Source of the DNA: Thermoanaerobaculia bacterium | GTDB lineage: Bacteria; Acidobacteriota; Thermoanaerobaculia; UBA5066 | DNA length: 64,000 bases | Reading direction: 5' to 3' | Assembly: GCA_963816185.1 (NCBI GenBank) | Contig: CAWFJJ010000001.1 | Location: 224,001-288,000 of the forward strand | Part shown: one piece after another, positions 20,041-31,500 of the stretch | Layout: every line of letters starts with the position of its first letter | How positions within the stretch are numbered: position 1 is the stretch's first letter | Position numbers and translations under genes: made by a program | Notes under the pieces: model-generated | Databases searched by the model: none | Told to the model about the DNA's origin: nothing | What the model saw: the letters and a program-made list of their open reading frames with translations, nothing else

Positions 20041-21104
20041 GCCGGAACCTGCTGCGTGATGCAGTGGAAAGCCCCGCCGCCCTCGAGGAGGTTCCTGGCC
20101 GAAACGGAGAGGATGCGGCGCGTCGGGAACAGGCTCGCGACGCCGGTGCGGGCCGCCTCGTCGTTCGGGACGCCGTACGCCGGCACGATCACGGTCGTGT
20201 TCGCGACGTAGAAGTTCACGTAGCTTGCGGGCATCGGATGACCCGCGGCGTCCGCCACGATCCCGGGAGACGGCACGCCGACGACCTCGAGGCGCCGGCC
20301 GCGCACGTCACGAAAAGTACGGAGCTTCGCCTCGGCGGCGCGAAGCGCCTTTGCGTTCGGATCGAGGCGGCCTGCCGGGCGCATGCAGACGACGACTCCC
20401 GGCGCTACGAAGCGCGCGAGCGTGTCCACGTGGCCGTCCGTGTGGTCGTTGCACAGTCCGTCGCCCAGCCAAAGGACGGTCTCGACGCCGAGCGCGTCCC
20501 TGAGACCCGCCTCGAGCATCTCCTCCGTCATCGCCGGATTGCGGTTCGGGTGCAGGAGGCATTGGCGCGTCGTCAGGCACGTGCCCTCGCCGTCCACCTC
20601 CACGGAACCGCCCTCGAGCACCAAGGGAAAGCGAAAGGCGGGAAGCTCCGCCGCTGCCGCGATGCGCGACGACACGCCCTCGTCGTGCGGCAGGACGTAC
20701 TTGCCGCCCCAGCCGTTGAATGCGAACGACACGCTGGCCCGTGCGCCGCCCTTGCCCGTGAGGAAGACCGGCGCCGTGTCGCGCAGCCAGATGTCGCCGA
20801 ACGGAATGCGGTGGAAGCGCGCCCCGAGACCCGCGAGGGCGGATTTCGCGGACGCTTCGTTCGCGGCGTCCGGCACGAGAACCTCGAGCCTCTCGCCGCG
20901 GGGCCTGCCCCTGTCGAGATCGACGTCCGCGATGGCCGACGCGAAATCCGTGAAGGCCGAACGCACCGGCTCGAGCGCATCGCCCCAGAGGTCGCGGTGA
21001 CTCGGCCAGGCGAGCCAGACGGCCTCGTGCCTATCCCATTCCGCGGGCTGGCGGAACCCCGCGGCACGCGGAGTCGGCACGGCGAAAGCCGTCTTCGTCG
21101 ACAT
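20037..21104 (-). CDS. aguA: Agmatine deiminase
   Basis: PAEW, WLRDTAP, FNGWGGKY, LEGGS, DHTDGHVD, ASYVNF, GGGAFHCITQQ. Confidence 0.93.
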
Positions 21105-21123
21105 CCGGGGATAATCCGCCACC

Positions 21124-22812
21124 ATGGTCAAAGCTTCAAGGTTCGCCCTCTCCCTCTCTCTCGCGATCGCCGCCTTCGCCGTATTCGCTCAGGACGCGCC
21201 GGTCACGCCCTCCCAGAAAGTCGCGGCGAACGCGATCACGGCCGACCTGATCCGCTCGCACATCCGGTTCCTCTCGTCGGACCTCCTCGAGGGGCGCGGC
21301 CCCGCGACGCGCGGCGACCAGCTCGCCGAGGCATACATCCAGGCTCAATTGGAAGGCCTCGGCCTCAAGCCCGGCGCGTCGGGCGGCGGGTGGATTCAGA
21401 AGGTCCCTCTCGTCGGCATCCGGCGCACCTCGTCGGATCCCGCGATCTTCATGTCCGGCCGCGGCGCGCTGAGGGGCAAGCTCGGCGAGAACTTCGTCGC
21501 GGTCTCCGGCGTCCAGAAGCCGGAGTCGAAGATCGACGGCGCGGAGGTCGTGTTCGTCGGCTATGGCATCGTCGCGCCCGAGTACCGATGGGACGACTAC
21601 AAGGACGCGGACCTCAAAGGCAAGGTCCTCCTCGTCATGAACAACGACCCGGAGGGGAGCGCAAAAGAGCCGGACCTCTTCGCGGGCAAGACGCGGCTCT
21701 GGTACGGGCGATGGGACTACAAGTACCTCATGGCCGCACGCAAGGGCGCCGTGGGCGCGATCATCATCCACACGCGGCCGTCGGCGGGCTACGGTTGGCA
21801 GGTCATTCAGACGTCGTTCGCGGGAGAGCAGTTCGAGCTGCCCGACGACGGCACGCCGCGCGTCGCCGCGAAGATGTGGGCGACCGAGGAGCTCGCGAAG
21901 AAAATCGTGGAGCTGGGGGGCAAGGACCTCGACTCCCTCCGGGCCTCGGCGGAAGACCGCTCGTTCAAGCCGGTCGACCTCGGCGTCACGGTATCCCTTG
22001 CGCTGACGAATGCGATCGGACAGAAGGAGTCGGGCAACGTCATCGGCGTCCTCCCGGGGTCCGATCCGAAGCGTGCCGGCGAGGCCGTGATCTACACCGC
22101 CCATCACGACCATCTCGGGATCCGAGAGGGTGCCCGGCCGGGCTCCGACGCGATCTACAACGGCGCCCTCGACAACGCGTCGGGCGTGGCCGCGATCCTC
22201 TCCGTCGCGAAGGCGTTCGCGAGCCTCGAGGCGGCGCCCGCGCGCTCCACGTACTTCGCTTTCGTGGCGGGCGAGGAGCAGGGGCTCCTCGGGTCGGAGT
22301 ACCTGGCGAAACATCCTCCGGTCCCGGCCGGCCGGATCGCGGCCGACATCAACATAGACGGCATCGGATGGTACGGGCGGACGCGCGACATCGTGCTGAT
22401 CGGCCTCGGCAAGTCGTCGCTCGACGGCGACGTGAAGGCGGTCGCGGACATGGAGGGCCGGCGCGTGGAGGGCGACCAGTTCCCCGATCGGGGCACGTTC
22501 TACCGATCCGACCAGTTCAGCTTCGCGAGGGTGGGGGTTCCCGCGGCGTACCTGAAGAAGGGAACGGACGTGATCGGAAAGGCGCCCGGCTTCGGGCGCG
22601 AGCAGGAAGAGAGCTACGAGAGGGCCGACTACCACCAGCCGTCGGACGAGTTCCGGGAAACGTGGGACTTTTCCGGCGCGGTGGAAGACGTGAAGCTCGC
22701 CTTCTGGCTCGGATGCCGCGTCGCCGACGCGCAGGAGCTGCCGCGCTGGAACAAGGGAGACGAGTTCGAGGCCGCGCGGCTGAAGGCGGTGGGGGAGGCC
22801 GCAGGGCGCTAG
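21124..22812 (+). CDS. Secreted M28-family peptidase with PA domain
   Basis: Signal peptide; TAHHDHLG, NGALDNASG, GEEQGLLGS, RSDQ, YHQPSD. Confidence 0.9.
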   Translation: MVKASRFALSLSLAIAAFAVFAQDAPVTPSQKVAANAITADLIRSHIRFLSSDLLEGRGPATRGDQLAEAYIQAQLEGLGLKPGASGGGWIQKVPLVGIRRTSSDPAIFMSGRGALRGKLGENFVAVSGVQKPESKIDGAEVVFVGYGIVAPEYRWDDYKDADLKGKVLLVMNNDPEGSAKEPDLFAGKTRLWYGRWDYKYLMAARKGAVGAIIIHTRPSAGYGWQVIQTSFAGEQFELPDDGTPRVAAKMWATEELAKKIVELGGKDLDSLRASAEDRSFKPVDLGVTVSLALTNAIGQKESGNVIGVLPGSDPKRAGEAVIYTAHHDHLGIREGARPGSDAIYNGALDNASGVAAILSVAKAFASLEAAPARSTYFAFVAGEEQGLLGSEYLAKHPPVPAGRIAADINIDGIGWYGRTRDIVLIGLGKSSLDGDVKAVADMEGRRVEGDQFPDRGTFYRSDQFSFARVGVPAAYLKKGTDVIGKAPGFGREQEESYERADYHQPSDEFRETWDFSGAVEDVKLAFWLGCRVADAQELPRWNKGDEFEAARLKAVGEAAGR

Positions 22813-22887
22813 AGGCGCACGCCGTGGGAATGCCTCTACAATCCGCGCCGCCCGGCAGAAGAATCGCCGAGGAAAGGAAGGAGAATC

Positions 22888-23370
22888 ATGAACACGCGCG
22901 AGTACTTCAACGAGTGTTTCAAGGCCGAAGTCCCGAAGTTCATCCGGGTCTTGAAGGCCGTGCCGCAGGACCAGGCCGCCTACCGGCCCCACCCGCGCTC
23001 GACGTCAGCCGGCGATCTCGTCTGGCTGCTCGCGAGCGAGCTCCGCGACGCGTGCGAGGTCGTCGACAAGGGCCAGGTCGCCTACGTGCAGAAGCCGGCT
23101 CCGACGCTGGCCGAAGCCGTCACGGCCTACGAGAAGAACGCGGCGGCGCTGAAGAGGCGCCTCGCGAAGGTGAAGGACGCGGCGTGGAAGAAGAAGGCCA
23201 AGTTTCTCATGGACGGCAAGGTCGTGTGGGAAACCTCGCTCGGCGACATGCTTTGGGGCTTTCTCTTCGACGCGATCCATCACCGTGGCCAGCTCTCGAC
23301 GTACCTCCGGCCCATGGGTGCGAAGGTGCCCTCGATCTACGGGCCCTCCGCGGACGATCCGGGAATGTGA
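22888..23370 (+). CDS. DinB-family protein
   Basis: IHHRGQLSTYLRPMGAKVPSIYG; strong RBS. Confidence 0.88.
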   Translation: MNTREYFNECFKAEVPKFIRVLKAVPQDQAAYRPHPRSTSAGDLVWLLASELRDACEVVDKGQVAYVQKPAPTLAEAVTAYEKNAAALKRRLAKVKDAAWKKKAKFLMDGKVVWETSLGDMLWGFLFDAIHHRGQLSTYLRPMGAKVPSIYGPSADDPGM

Positions 23371-23396
23371 CGGGAGGGCCGCGCCGCGCTCCGCAA

Positions 23397-25370
23397 TCAG
23401 TCCTTAGGGACCGTCGCCGCCATCGGATCGAGTGAGCGGGCGGCGGCGCGAAGCTGCTCGTCCGTGAGCTTGTCGAGCTGCGGGAGGAGCGGCGCACCGG
23501 CGTCGAGCCCGGCGATCGTCGCCCGATGGGCGTCCATCCAGGCCACCAGCCCCTTCATGACCTTCAGGTTCGCCTGGCCGTGGGGGGTCGGGTTGCCGAT
23601 GCCGTCCGTGAATATCCCGCCGAAGGCGAGGCGCGGGGCCGGCGCGAAAGCGATTTCGGAAAGCTTGGCCCGGTACTCCCGCGTGGCGCGGTCCTTCACG
23701 TCCTCGAAGAACTGGGAGTCGATGGCGTGCCGGCCTTCATGCGCGAAGATCGACGACTCGATCACCGCCCGGTCGGTCGCCGCCACGAAGGCGGCGCGCA
23801 AGGCTCCGTCCGAAAGGCCCCGGGCCTTCTCCTCGTCGAGAATCCTCGTGAGGCCCTGGTCCAGGAGCCGCTGGGAGAGACCCGGGAGATACGCGTACGG
23901 GTCCTTCGTGGCGCGCTCGGTGTCACGCTCCGTCTCTTCCGCCATCTTCGCGAGAGCCTTCGCACGCCGCTCGGGATCGGTCATCTCCTGCCACCTCCAC
24001 GGGCCGCCCTCGGCGTAGGCCGGCCGGACCTGAACCACGAGCCCGACGCCTCCCCAGCCGCCATGCGCGCCCTGGCCGTCCCACATCCAGGTTTCGTAGC
24101 CGTTCGAGACGATCGCGTCGAGCGCCATGAAACGGATTTCCGCCCGACGGCCGTACTGGTCCGCGATGCGCTTCTCGTCCACGACGCGATGCCCCATGTG
24201 GAGGTCCCGGAATCCGGCCGTCGATCCGGCCCCCCCGGCCGTTCCGAAGCGGGTCCCGAGCTCGGTGTCGGCGGAGCGCTCGAGGACCTTCTCGTCGAAG
24301 GGCGGCCGACCCGCCGGCCACGAAAGGCCTTTCCAGAGACGCGTCGCCCGTCTTCTCAGCTTCTTCATCCACGCATCGGGATCTGACGTTCCGCGCGCCA
24401 CGTCGCGGTAGTAGAGGTCAGTCGTCCTGCGGACATCGCGAATGAAGGACTCGTAAAGGACGAGATCCCTGATCCGGGGGAGCCGGTCGACGCGGGCTTC
24501 CCGCGGAGTGCGCGGGTCCTTCGCGAGGATCACGGCCTCCGTGAAGAACCGCGAGTCCGCGAGCGCCTCGACGACGGCCTCGCGGTCCTGTCTGCCGGCC
24601 GCGGGACCCTTCCAGACAGGCAGCCGCTCCGACAGGGCGGACCGGGGGCCGGCGAGAAGCGTCGAATCGGCCGCCCCTGCGGCCAGGTAATAAGAGCTCC
24701 ATGCGGCGAGAGCGGCCGGACCGTCGTCCAGGAGGAGGGCCGCGTCGAGCGCCGTCTTCGAAGGCTCCAGCAGGCCCGGCTCGTCGCGGACGAGGGGCGC
24801 CAGGAAGCCGAGAGCCTCGATCAGCCTCCGCCGGCCTTCATCCCCGAAGGCCTTGCGCTTGCCGAGGCGGGCGGCCTCGACTTCCTCCTCGACGAGGGCG
24901 GAGGACAGCGCAATCGTGGCGCTCCGCCGTTCGGCATCCGTCCCGGCGGCGGCGAGCGCCCGCCGCGCGGCAGCCCGGGCCGCGTCGAAACGTCCGACCG
25001 TCCGCTCCATGCGCGAGAGAAGAAGGAGGGGCGGGATTTTCCTTCGGGCGTCCCGGGCGATCCTCTCCAGACGCCCGCGGGCCGCATCGGCCTTCCCGTC
25101 GATCCGCCACGTGATGCGGGCCAGCTCCTGAGCCGCCGCGTCGCGGTCCTCGGGGCGCGCCAAGGACGATGCGACGATCGCCTCGAGGAGCGGGCGGGCG
25201 TCCTTGAAGCGGCCGTCGTGCGACGCCCTCTCGGCCTCGCGCAGCGCGGGCGACGGGACCTCGAGGTCGTCGTCGGCCCGGCAGCGTCCGGCGAAACACG
25301 TGGGGAGCGCGACGAGCGCGACGAGCGGAAGGGAAAATCGCGGAGAAACGCGAAGCGGGGCCGTTCTCAT
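23397..25370 (-). CDS. Secreted hypothetical protein, TPR-like N-terminus and HExxH motif
   Basis: Signal-like N-terminus, helical repeats, IFAHEGRHAID followed by a downstream Glu (EYRAKLSE). Confidence 0.65.
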   Translation of the reverse strand: MRTAPLRVSPRFSLPLVALVALPTCFAGRCRADDDLEVPSPALREAERASHDGRFKDARPLLEAIVASSLARPEDRDAAAQELARITWRIDGKADAARGRLERIARDARRKIPPLLLLSRMERTVGRFDAARAAARRALAAAGTDAERRSATIALSSALVEEEVEAARLGKRKAFGDEGRRRLIEALGFLAPLVRDEPGLLEPSKTALDAALLLDDGPAALAAWSSYYLAAGAADSTLLAGPRSALSERLPVWKGPAAGRQDREAVVEALADSRFFTEAVILAKDPRTPREARVDRLPRIRDLVLYESFIRDVRRTTDLYYRDVARGTSDPDAWMKKLRRRATRLWKGLSWPAGRPPFDEKVLERSADTELGTRFGTAGGAGSTAGFRDLHMGHRVVDEKRIADQYGRRAEIRFMALDAIVSNGYETWMWDGQGAHGGWGGVGLVVQVRPAYAEGGPWRWQEMTDPERRAKALAKMAEETERDTERATKDPYAYLPGLSQRLLDQGLTRILDEEKARGLSDGALRAAFVAATDRAVIESSIFAHEGRHAIDSQFFEDVKDRATREYRAKLSEIAFAPAPRLAFGGIFTDGIGNPTPHGQANLKVMKGLVAWMDAHRATIAGLDAGAPLLPQLDKLTDEQLRAAARSLDPMAATVPKD

Positions 25371-25493
25371 CGTCTGAAGCAAGCTCTCTGGTCAGACTAC
25401 GCGCGGCGGAAGAAAAGGTGTCGCCCGCCCGTCGCCGATTGCGTGATCCGCGACACGTCCGAGACGCCGTCTCATTCTGCTAGTCTGCCCGCC

Positions 25494-26027
25494 ATGAAGA
25501 TCGCCATCCGCTCCCTCGCGCTCGCCGCTCTTCTCGCCGCCGTGTCGCGCCCGGCCGCCGCCGATCAGCCCGCCGTCGGCACGAAGGCCCCCGCCGTCTC
25601 GCTCCCGAACCAGGAGGGCCAGACGGTCACCCTCGACCAGAACAAGGGGAAGTGGGTCGTCCTCTACTTCTACCCGAAAGACTTCACGTCGGGATGCACG
25701 ATGGAAGCCCACAACTTCCAGCGGGACCTCGCCAAGTACGAGAAGGCGAACGCCGTGATTCTCGGGGTGAGCGTCGACACGGTCGACTCTCACAAGGGGT
25801 TCTGCGCGAAGGAGGGGCTCAACTTCAAGCTCCTTTCCGACACCACCGCAGCCGCCTCGAAGACGTACGACTCGCTCGCGACTTACAACGGCAAGACGTA
25901 CTCCGCGCGGAACACGTTCCTGATCGATCCGTCGGGAACGATCCGGAAGGTCTACGTGAAAGTGAACCCGACGACGCACAGCGAGGACGTGCTCAAGGAT
26001 CTCGTGACGCTCCAGGCGGCGAAGTAG
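25494..26027 (+). CDS. bcp: Peroxiredoxin (BCP/PrxQ) with signal peptide
   Basis: VVLYFYPKDFTSGCT, LGVSVD, RNTFLIDP. Confidence 0.9.
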   Translation: MKIAIRSLALAALLAAVSRPAAADQPAVGTKAPAVSLPNQEGQTVTLDQNKGKWVVLYFYPKDFTSGCTMEAHNFQRDLAKYEKANAVILGVSVDTVDSHKGFCAKEGLNFKLLSDTTAAASKTYDSLATYNGKTYSARNTFLIDPSGTIRKVYVKVNPTTHSEDVLKDLVTLQAAK

Positions 26028-26076
26028 CCGGGTCCCCCACTTCGTAAGGAACAGTCGCGGCGGCGCACTCCAGAGT

Positions 26077-27981
26077 GTGCGGCTGTTGGCGTGGCCTCTC
26101 CTCGCGGCGGCGCTCCTCGTTGCGGAGCGAGCGGAGGCGGCGACGAGGAGCGACGTGCTCGACGCCGCGATCAAGGCCGCCAACCGCCTCCCGACGGTCC
26201 GCGCCGTGGGGCGGAACTGGGAAGACGTGCCGTATCTCGTGGGCCTCCTTCTCGTCGCCGAGCGGCTCGACGAGCGGTCGCCCGGCTCGGGACAGTCTTG
26301 GATTGCCGACGTGACCACCGTGATCGGCGGCGGTGACGCGCCCATCGCCCACGGCGACTACGCCGGCTACGCGCAGGCCGCCATGGACCTCTATCGGCTC
26401 GCCTCGCCCGGCGATGCGCCGACGAGGGCGCGCCTCCTGGACGCCACGAGCGGGCCGATCGAGTTCGCCGCCCGGGCGCTCCAGATCACGCCTTTGAGCG
26501 GCCCCCCGGCGTCGCCCTGGTGGGTGAGCGGCGGTTACGGCACGCGCTTCTGGGTGGACGACCTCTTCACTTTGCCGCCTTGGCTCGCCATGCGCGGCTC
26601 GAGACGCGACGGGCTCCCCGCCGATCCCGTGGCGCGTGACCTTGCCTACGAGTGGATCGAGAGCTATGTCTACGACCACCGCCCGCCGACGACGGACCCT
26701 GTGGCCGCGGCCGTGCCTTCGCAGCGCCGGCGCGCTGGACCGCTGCTGTGGGACCCCGGCCTCTCCCTTTTTCGACACGATCCGGGCGGCGGCGCCGGAA
26801 CCTACTGGGGACGCGGGAACGGATGGGCCGCATGGGGGCTCGCACGTTCGGCCCGGTACCTCGACGCCCCCTACGGTGGTGGCCGATACGACGAGGTCAT
26901 CGACAGAACGGGGATCCGCGAAGTCCTCGCGCGCCTAGCGAGCGCTCTCGCCGCGCGCCGTTCGGACGACGGCGGCTGGCCGACGGATCTCGGGCACCCG
27001 GAGGCTTGCCCCGCGAGCGAGACTTCGGCGACCGGCCTCGTCACCTACATGCTGGCGAAGGGCGTCAACGAAGGATGGCTGGATCGTGCCGCGTTCACCC
27101 CGGTCGTCTTGAAGGCGCTTTCCCTCCTTCTCGGCCGGCTCGATGCACAGGGCGATCTCGCCGGCATCCAGCCGCCCGGGACTGGTCCCGATTGTGGCGT
27201 GACCGTATCGAATGACCCTGCGGTGGACGTCTCTTATGGAGTCGGAGCGTTCCTTCTCGCCGTGTCCGAAGCCCTGAAGCTGCCGGACGCGGACCTCGCG
27301 ACGCTGGAAGACGTCGCGTCGCGGCCGGTCGATCGTGCGCCCGTCGGGCGGACGTGGATCGTCTCGTTACCAGGCGGCTGCGACCGACCCGAGATCTTGC
27401 TGACCAATGCAGGACCGAGTGTCGTCCACGCTCGCCTGGAGGCGGGCGCCGGGCCGCTCGCCGGATTCGAGACGGCGGATCTCCTTCCACGAAGCGCGGC
27501 CGTTCTCAGGATCGCGCGTGTCTCTGCTCTGGATACGCCCCTTGTCTTTACGCTTCGGGCGGACGGCGACCTCGCCGTTCATCCGCGAGCGGTGTGCGAG
27601 GAGGCCGTCGGCTTCGACGACCGGGCCTTCACCCTATTCCGCCGCCCGTCACGGCGCGCTGGAACCGCGGTTCCGCTCTGGACCGCGCTCGCCGGCGGAG
27701 AAGCGACGACCTTCGTTCAACGCGACGGCGGCTTCCTCTCGCTCGGAGGAGACGACATGTCGCCCGGTCCGGCGTCGATGCTCGTGGAGATCCACTCCGT
27801 CGACGGGGCCCTCGTGGAGCAGCTCACGCTGGAGTTGCCCTCGGGCGGCGCGGTTCTCGAGACCCTGTTCGTGCCCGAGGGCTCGCGTGTGACTCTCTCG
27901 AACGTTTCCGTAGGCACCAACATCGTGCCGCTATGGTTTGGAAGCGAACCACCTTCTCCGCTGTCGGGTCCCGCTTTTTGA
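26077..27981 (+). CDS. GH88/GH105-like glycoside hydrolase with unknown C-terminal domain
   Basis: WVDDLF, YWGRGNGW, SETSATG, YGVGAFLLA. Confidence 0.75.
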   Translation: MRLLAWPLLAAALLVAERAEAATRSDVLDAAIKAANRLPTVRAVGRNWEDVPYLVGLLLVAERLDERSPGSGQSWIADVTTVIGGGDAPIAHGDYAGYAQAAMDLYRLASPGDAPTRARLLDATSGPIEFAARALQITPLSGPPASPWWVSGGYGTRFWVDDLFTLPPWLAMRGSRRDGLPADPVARDLAYEWIESYVYDHRPPTTDPVAAAVPSQRRRAGPLLWDPGLSLFRHDPGGGAGTYWGRGNGWAAWGLARSARYLDAPYGGGRYDEVIDRTGIREVLARLASALAARRSDDGGWPTDLGHPEACPASETSATGLVTYMLAKGVNEGWLDRAAFTPVVLKALSLLLGRLDAQGDLAGIQPPGTGPDCGVTVSNDPAVDVSYGVGAFLLAVSEALKLPDADLATLEDVASRPVDRAPVGRTWIVSLPGGCDRPEILLTNAGPSVVHARLEAGAGPLAGFETADLLPRSAAVLRIARVSALDTPLVFTLRADGDLAVHPRAVCEEAVGFDDRAFTLFRRPSRRAGTAVPLWTALAGGEATTFVQRDGGFLSLGGDDMSPGPASMLVEIHSVDGALVEQLTLELPSGGAVLETLFVPEGSRVTLSNVSVGTNIVPLWFGSEPPSPLSGPAF

Positions 27982-28044
27982 AGAGCCGGTGTCGTGCGGG
28001 GCTCGGCGCGGTCTCCGCCATTCACTCGCTTTCGACGAAGCGCC

Positions 28045-28458
28045 TCAGCCCCGAGCGCCCATGACGCGCATGAAGAGCGCGACGCCCGCGCCCCACGCGC
28101 CGTTCAGGAGAAGCGCGCCAACGAGGAGGTCCGGCTTCCAGCCGCCGCCCACGGGCAGGCCCTTGAGCGGGAAGACGACGAAGAGCGCGACGAGCGTGGG
28201 CAGGATCGCCCCGAGGAGGATCGCGCGAATCCAGAGGCGCGATCCCTTGGCGCCGCGAATCATGAGCCAGAGCGCGATTCCCCAGAGGCCGCCCCAGAAG
28301 GCGAGCGAGAGCACCGACGGGATTCCGAGCGGCGGGACGGGCGTCATCACCCACGGCTTACGTGCGGTCATGCCCGCGCCGTGAAGGATCGCGAGAACGC
28401 CCTGGTGGAAGACGAGCGTCGAGAGAAACCCGGCGAGGAATGCTTTGGCGGTCGTCAT
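28045..28458 (-). CDS. Small multi-TM membrane protein
   Basis: Four hydrophobic segments; TAGAGT 6 nt before ATG. Confidence 0.7.
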   Translation of the reverse strand: MTTAKAFLAGFLSTLVFHQGVLAILHGAGMTARKPWVMTPVPPLGIPSVLSLAFWGGLWGIALWLMIRGAKGSRLWIRAILLGAILPTLVALFVVFPLKGLPVGGGWKPDLLVGALLLNGAWGAGVALFMRVMGARG

Positions 28459-28548
28459 CCGTCAACTCTATCGCAGGGCGAAGAGACTAGAATTCGCCCC
28501 GAAACCGACCTGACGCTTTCGCGTGAGGCGCGTGGAGGGGCTCGCCTG

Positions 28549-31500
28549 ATGGGAAAGATCACGGCTCTTTGTCTGGCCCTCGGCCTGGCCGCGCCGGCGT
28601 GTAACCTCGCGGCGTCCGAGCCGACTCAATCCGCGGGCGTCATCGATCCCGCGCTCTTCTCGGACCTTCGATGGCGCTCGATCGGTCCCTTTCGCGGCGG
28701 GCGCGTCCTGGCCGTGGCCGGCGTGCCCGGAGAGATGGCGCACTTCTACTTCGGCGGCGTCAACGGCGGCGTGTGGGAGACGAACGATGCGGGCCGGACC
28801 TGGCGGCCGATCTTCGACGCCCAGCCGGTCGGCTCCATCGGCGCGCTCGCGCTCGCGCCTTCGGACCCGAAGGTGATCTACGTGGGCACCGGCGAGGCCG
28901 ACATGCGCTCCGACATCGCCCAGGGCGACGGGATGTACAAGTCCGTCGACGGCGGAAAGACCTTCTCTCACATCGGGCTCGGCGACTCGCAGCAGATCGG
29001 AAGGATTCTGGTCGACCCGCGTGACGCGGATCGGGTTCTGGTCGCGGCCCTCGGCCACCCCTACGGCCCGAACACCGAGCGCGGCGTTTTTCTCTCGCGC
29101 GACGGGGGACGGATCTGGCAACGGGTGCTTTACCGAGACGAGAACACCGGCGCCATCGATCTCGCGTTCAAGCCGGGCGATCCCCGCGTCGTGTACGCGG
29201 CTCTCTGGCAGACCCGCCGGCCGCCATGGAACGTTTACCCGCCGTCACACGGGCCGGGGAGCGGCCTTTACAAATCGACGGACGGCGGGGGCACCTGGAC
29301 GGAGGTCCGGGGGGGCGGCTTTCCGGCCGATCCGGGCCGCATCGGGCTCGCCATGGCTCCCAGCCAGCCCGACCGCGTCTACGCGATCGTGGACGCCGGG
29401 CGCGGCGGTCTCTACCGCTCGGACGACGACGGCGCAACCTGGACGTTGACGAGCGACGATCCGCGGATCTGGGGACGCGGCTGGTACTTCGGCGGAATCG
29501 CGGTCGAGCCGCGCGACGCCGACGTCGTCTACGCGTGCAACACCTCGGTCTATCGGTCGCAGGACGGCGGCCGCACGTTCGCACCGATCAAGGGAGCTCC
29601 TGGCGGGGACGATTATCACGAGCTCTGGATCGACCCCGAGCACCCCGAGCGCCGCATGCTCGGCGTCGACCAGGGCGCTCTCGTGTCGCTGAACGGCGGC
29701 GAGACCTGGAGCTCCTGGTACAACCAGCCGACCGGGCAGTTCTATCGAATCGCGACCGACAACCGCTTCCCCTACTGGATCTATGGCTCGCAGCAGGACT
29801 CGGGCGCGGCCGCCGTTCCCAGCCGGACGACCCAGCGCGACGGGATCAACCTGATGCAGTTCCGCATGGTCACGGTGGGCGGGGAGAACGACTCGCTCGC
29901 TCCCGATCCGTCGGACCCGGACGTCGTCTTCGGAGGCCGCGTCGCGAAGCTCGACCTGAAGACCCAGCAGACGCACACGCTCGATCCGACCCTGGCGTTT
30001 CCCGGACGCCACCGGTCGGTCTGGACCCTGCCGCTCGTCTTCTCGCGGCACAACCCGCGCGTCCTCTACTTCGCGCACCAGCAGCTCTTCCGTACCGCGG
30101 ACAGCGGCCAGACCTGGAGCGCGATCAGCCCGGATCTCACGCGCGAGGACGCCGGCGCGCCTCCGAACCTCGACCCCATCACGGCCGCCTGGGACGGCGG
30201 GACGGGCGGACGGCGCGGCGTCATCTACGCGATCGCCCCGTCGCGCGTGGTCGACCGGGACATCTGGGTCGGCACGGACGACGGCCTCATCTGGCGCAGC
30301 CTCGACGAGGGCGGCCACTGGTCCGACATCACGCCCCAGGCCGTCGGCGCGTGGTCGAAGGTCACGATGCTCGAGGTCTCGCACACCGATCGGGACACCG
30401 CCTGGGCGGCCGTCGATCGGCATCGCCTCGACGATTTCGCGCCTTACGTCTATCGGACGGTGGACGGCGGCAAGAGCTGGACGCCTTCGGTCAACGGCAT
30501 TCCCCGCGGCAGCTTCGTCAACGCGGTGCGCGAGGACCCCGTTCGCCCCGGCCTCCTTTACGCCGGCACCGAGAAGGGCGTGTCCATCTCGTTCGACGGC
30601 GGCGACTCCTGGCAGTCGCTCCAGCTCAACCTCCCGGTGACCTCGGTGCGCGATATCGACGTGCACGGTGACGACGTGGTGATCGCAACGCACGGTCGCG
30701 GTCTCTGGATCCTGGACGACGCCACGCCGCTCCGGCAGGCCGAGCCCGGCCTTGGACGCAGCGAGCCCTCGCTTTTCACCCCTGCAACCGCCGTGCGCAT
30801 GCGGCCGGCCGGGTTCACGGGCACGCCTCTGCCGAAGGACGAGCCGAGAGGCGAGAATCCGCCGCTCGGCGCCATGCTCGACTACGTTCTGGATCACGTG
30901 CCGGCAGGGCCCGTGACGCTCAGCATCCTCGACGAAAAAGGCGATCTCGTGCGCCGCTACAGCAGTACCGACAAGCTTCCGGCATTGAGTCGCGAGGAGC
31001 GCCGCCTCGCTCCGGAGTGGCTCAAGCCTCCCGTGGTGCTTCCCGCGACGCCGGGGATGCATCGCTTCGTCTGGCCGCTCCGCTATCCGGCCCCGCCGGC
31101 GCTCGCACGTGGAAACACGTTCGCGGACGGCGTCTGGGCGCCGCCGGGCCGCTACATCGTGGAGCTCGACGCCGACGGACGGCGCGTCACGCGCCCGCTC
31201 GTCGTCGAGCCCGATCCCCGCGTCGTCCTCGAACCCGCCGCCTACGGCCGGCAGTTCGAGCTGGCGAGGCGCGTGGAGAGGGCGCGTGAGTCGGTTGCCG
31301 TCGCGATGAAGGAAGCCGAGGGGCTCCACAAGCAGCTCGTCGCGCGGGCCGCCGCCTTGCCGGCCCCCGCCCCGCCGGCCGCCGCTTCGCGGGCCGCCGC
31401 CGCGCGCCCCGTCAGTCCCGCGGTTTCTCTTTCCCGGGCGATGTCGGCCCTCGACGCGGAAGCACAAGCGCTTTCCGAGCGGGAAGAGCCGGACCCGCGG

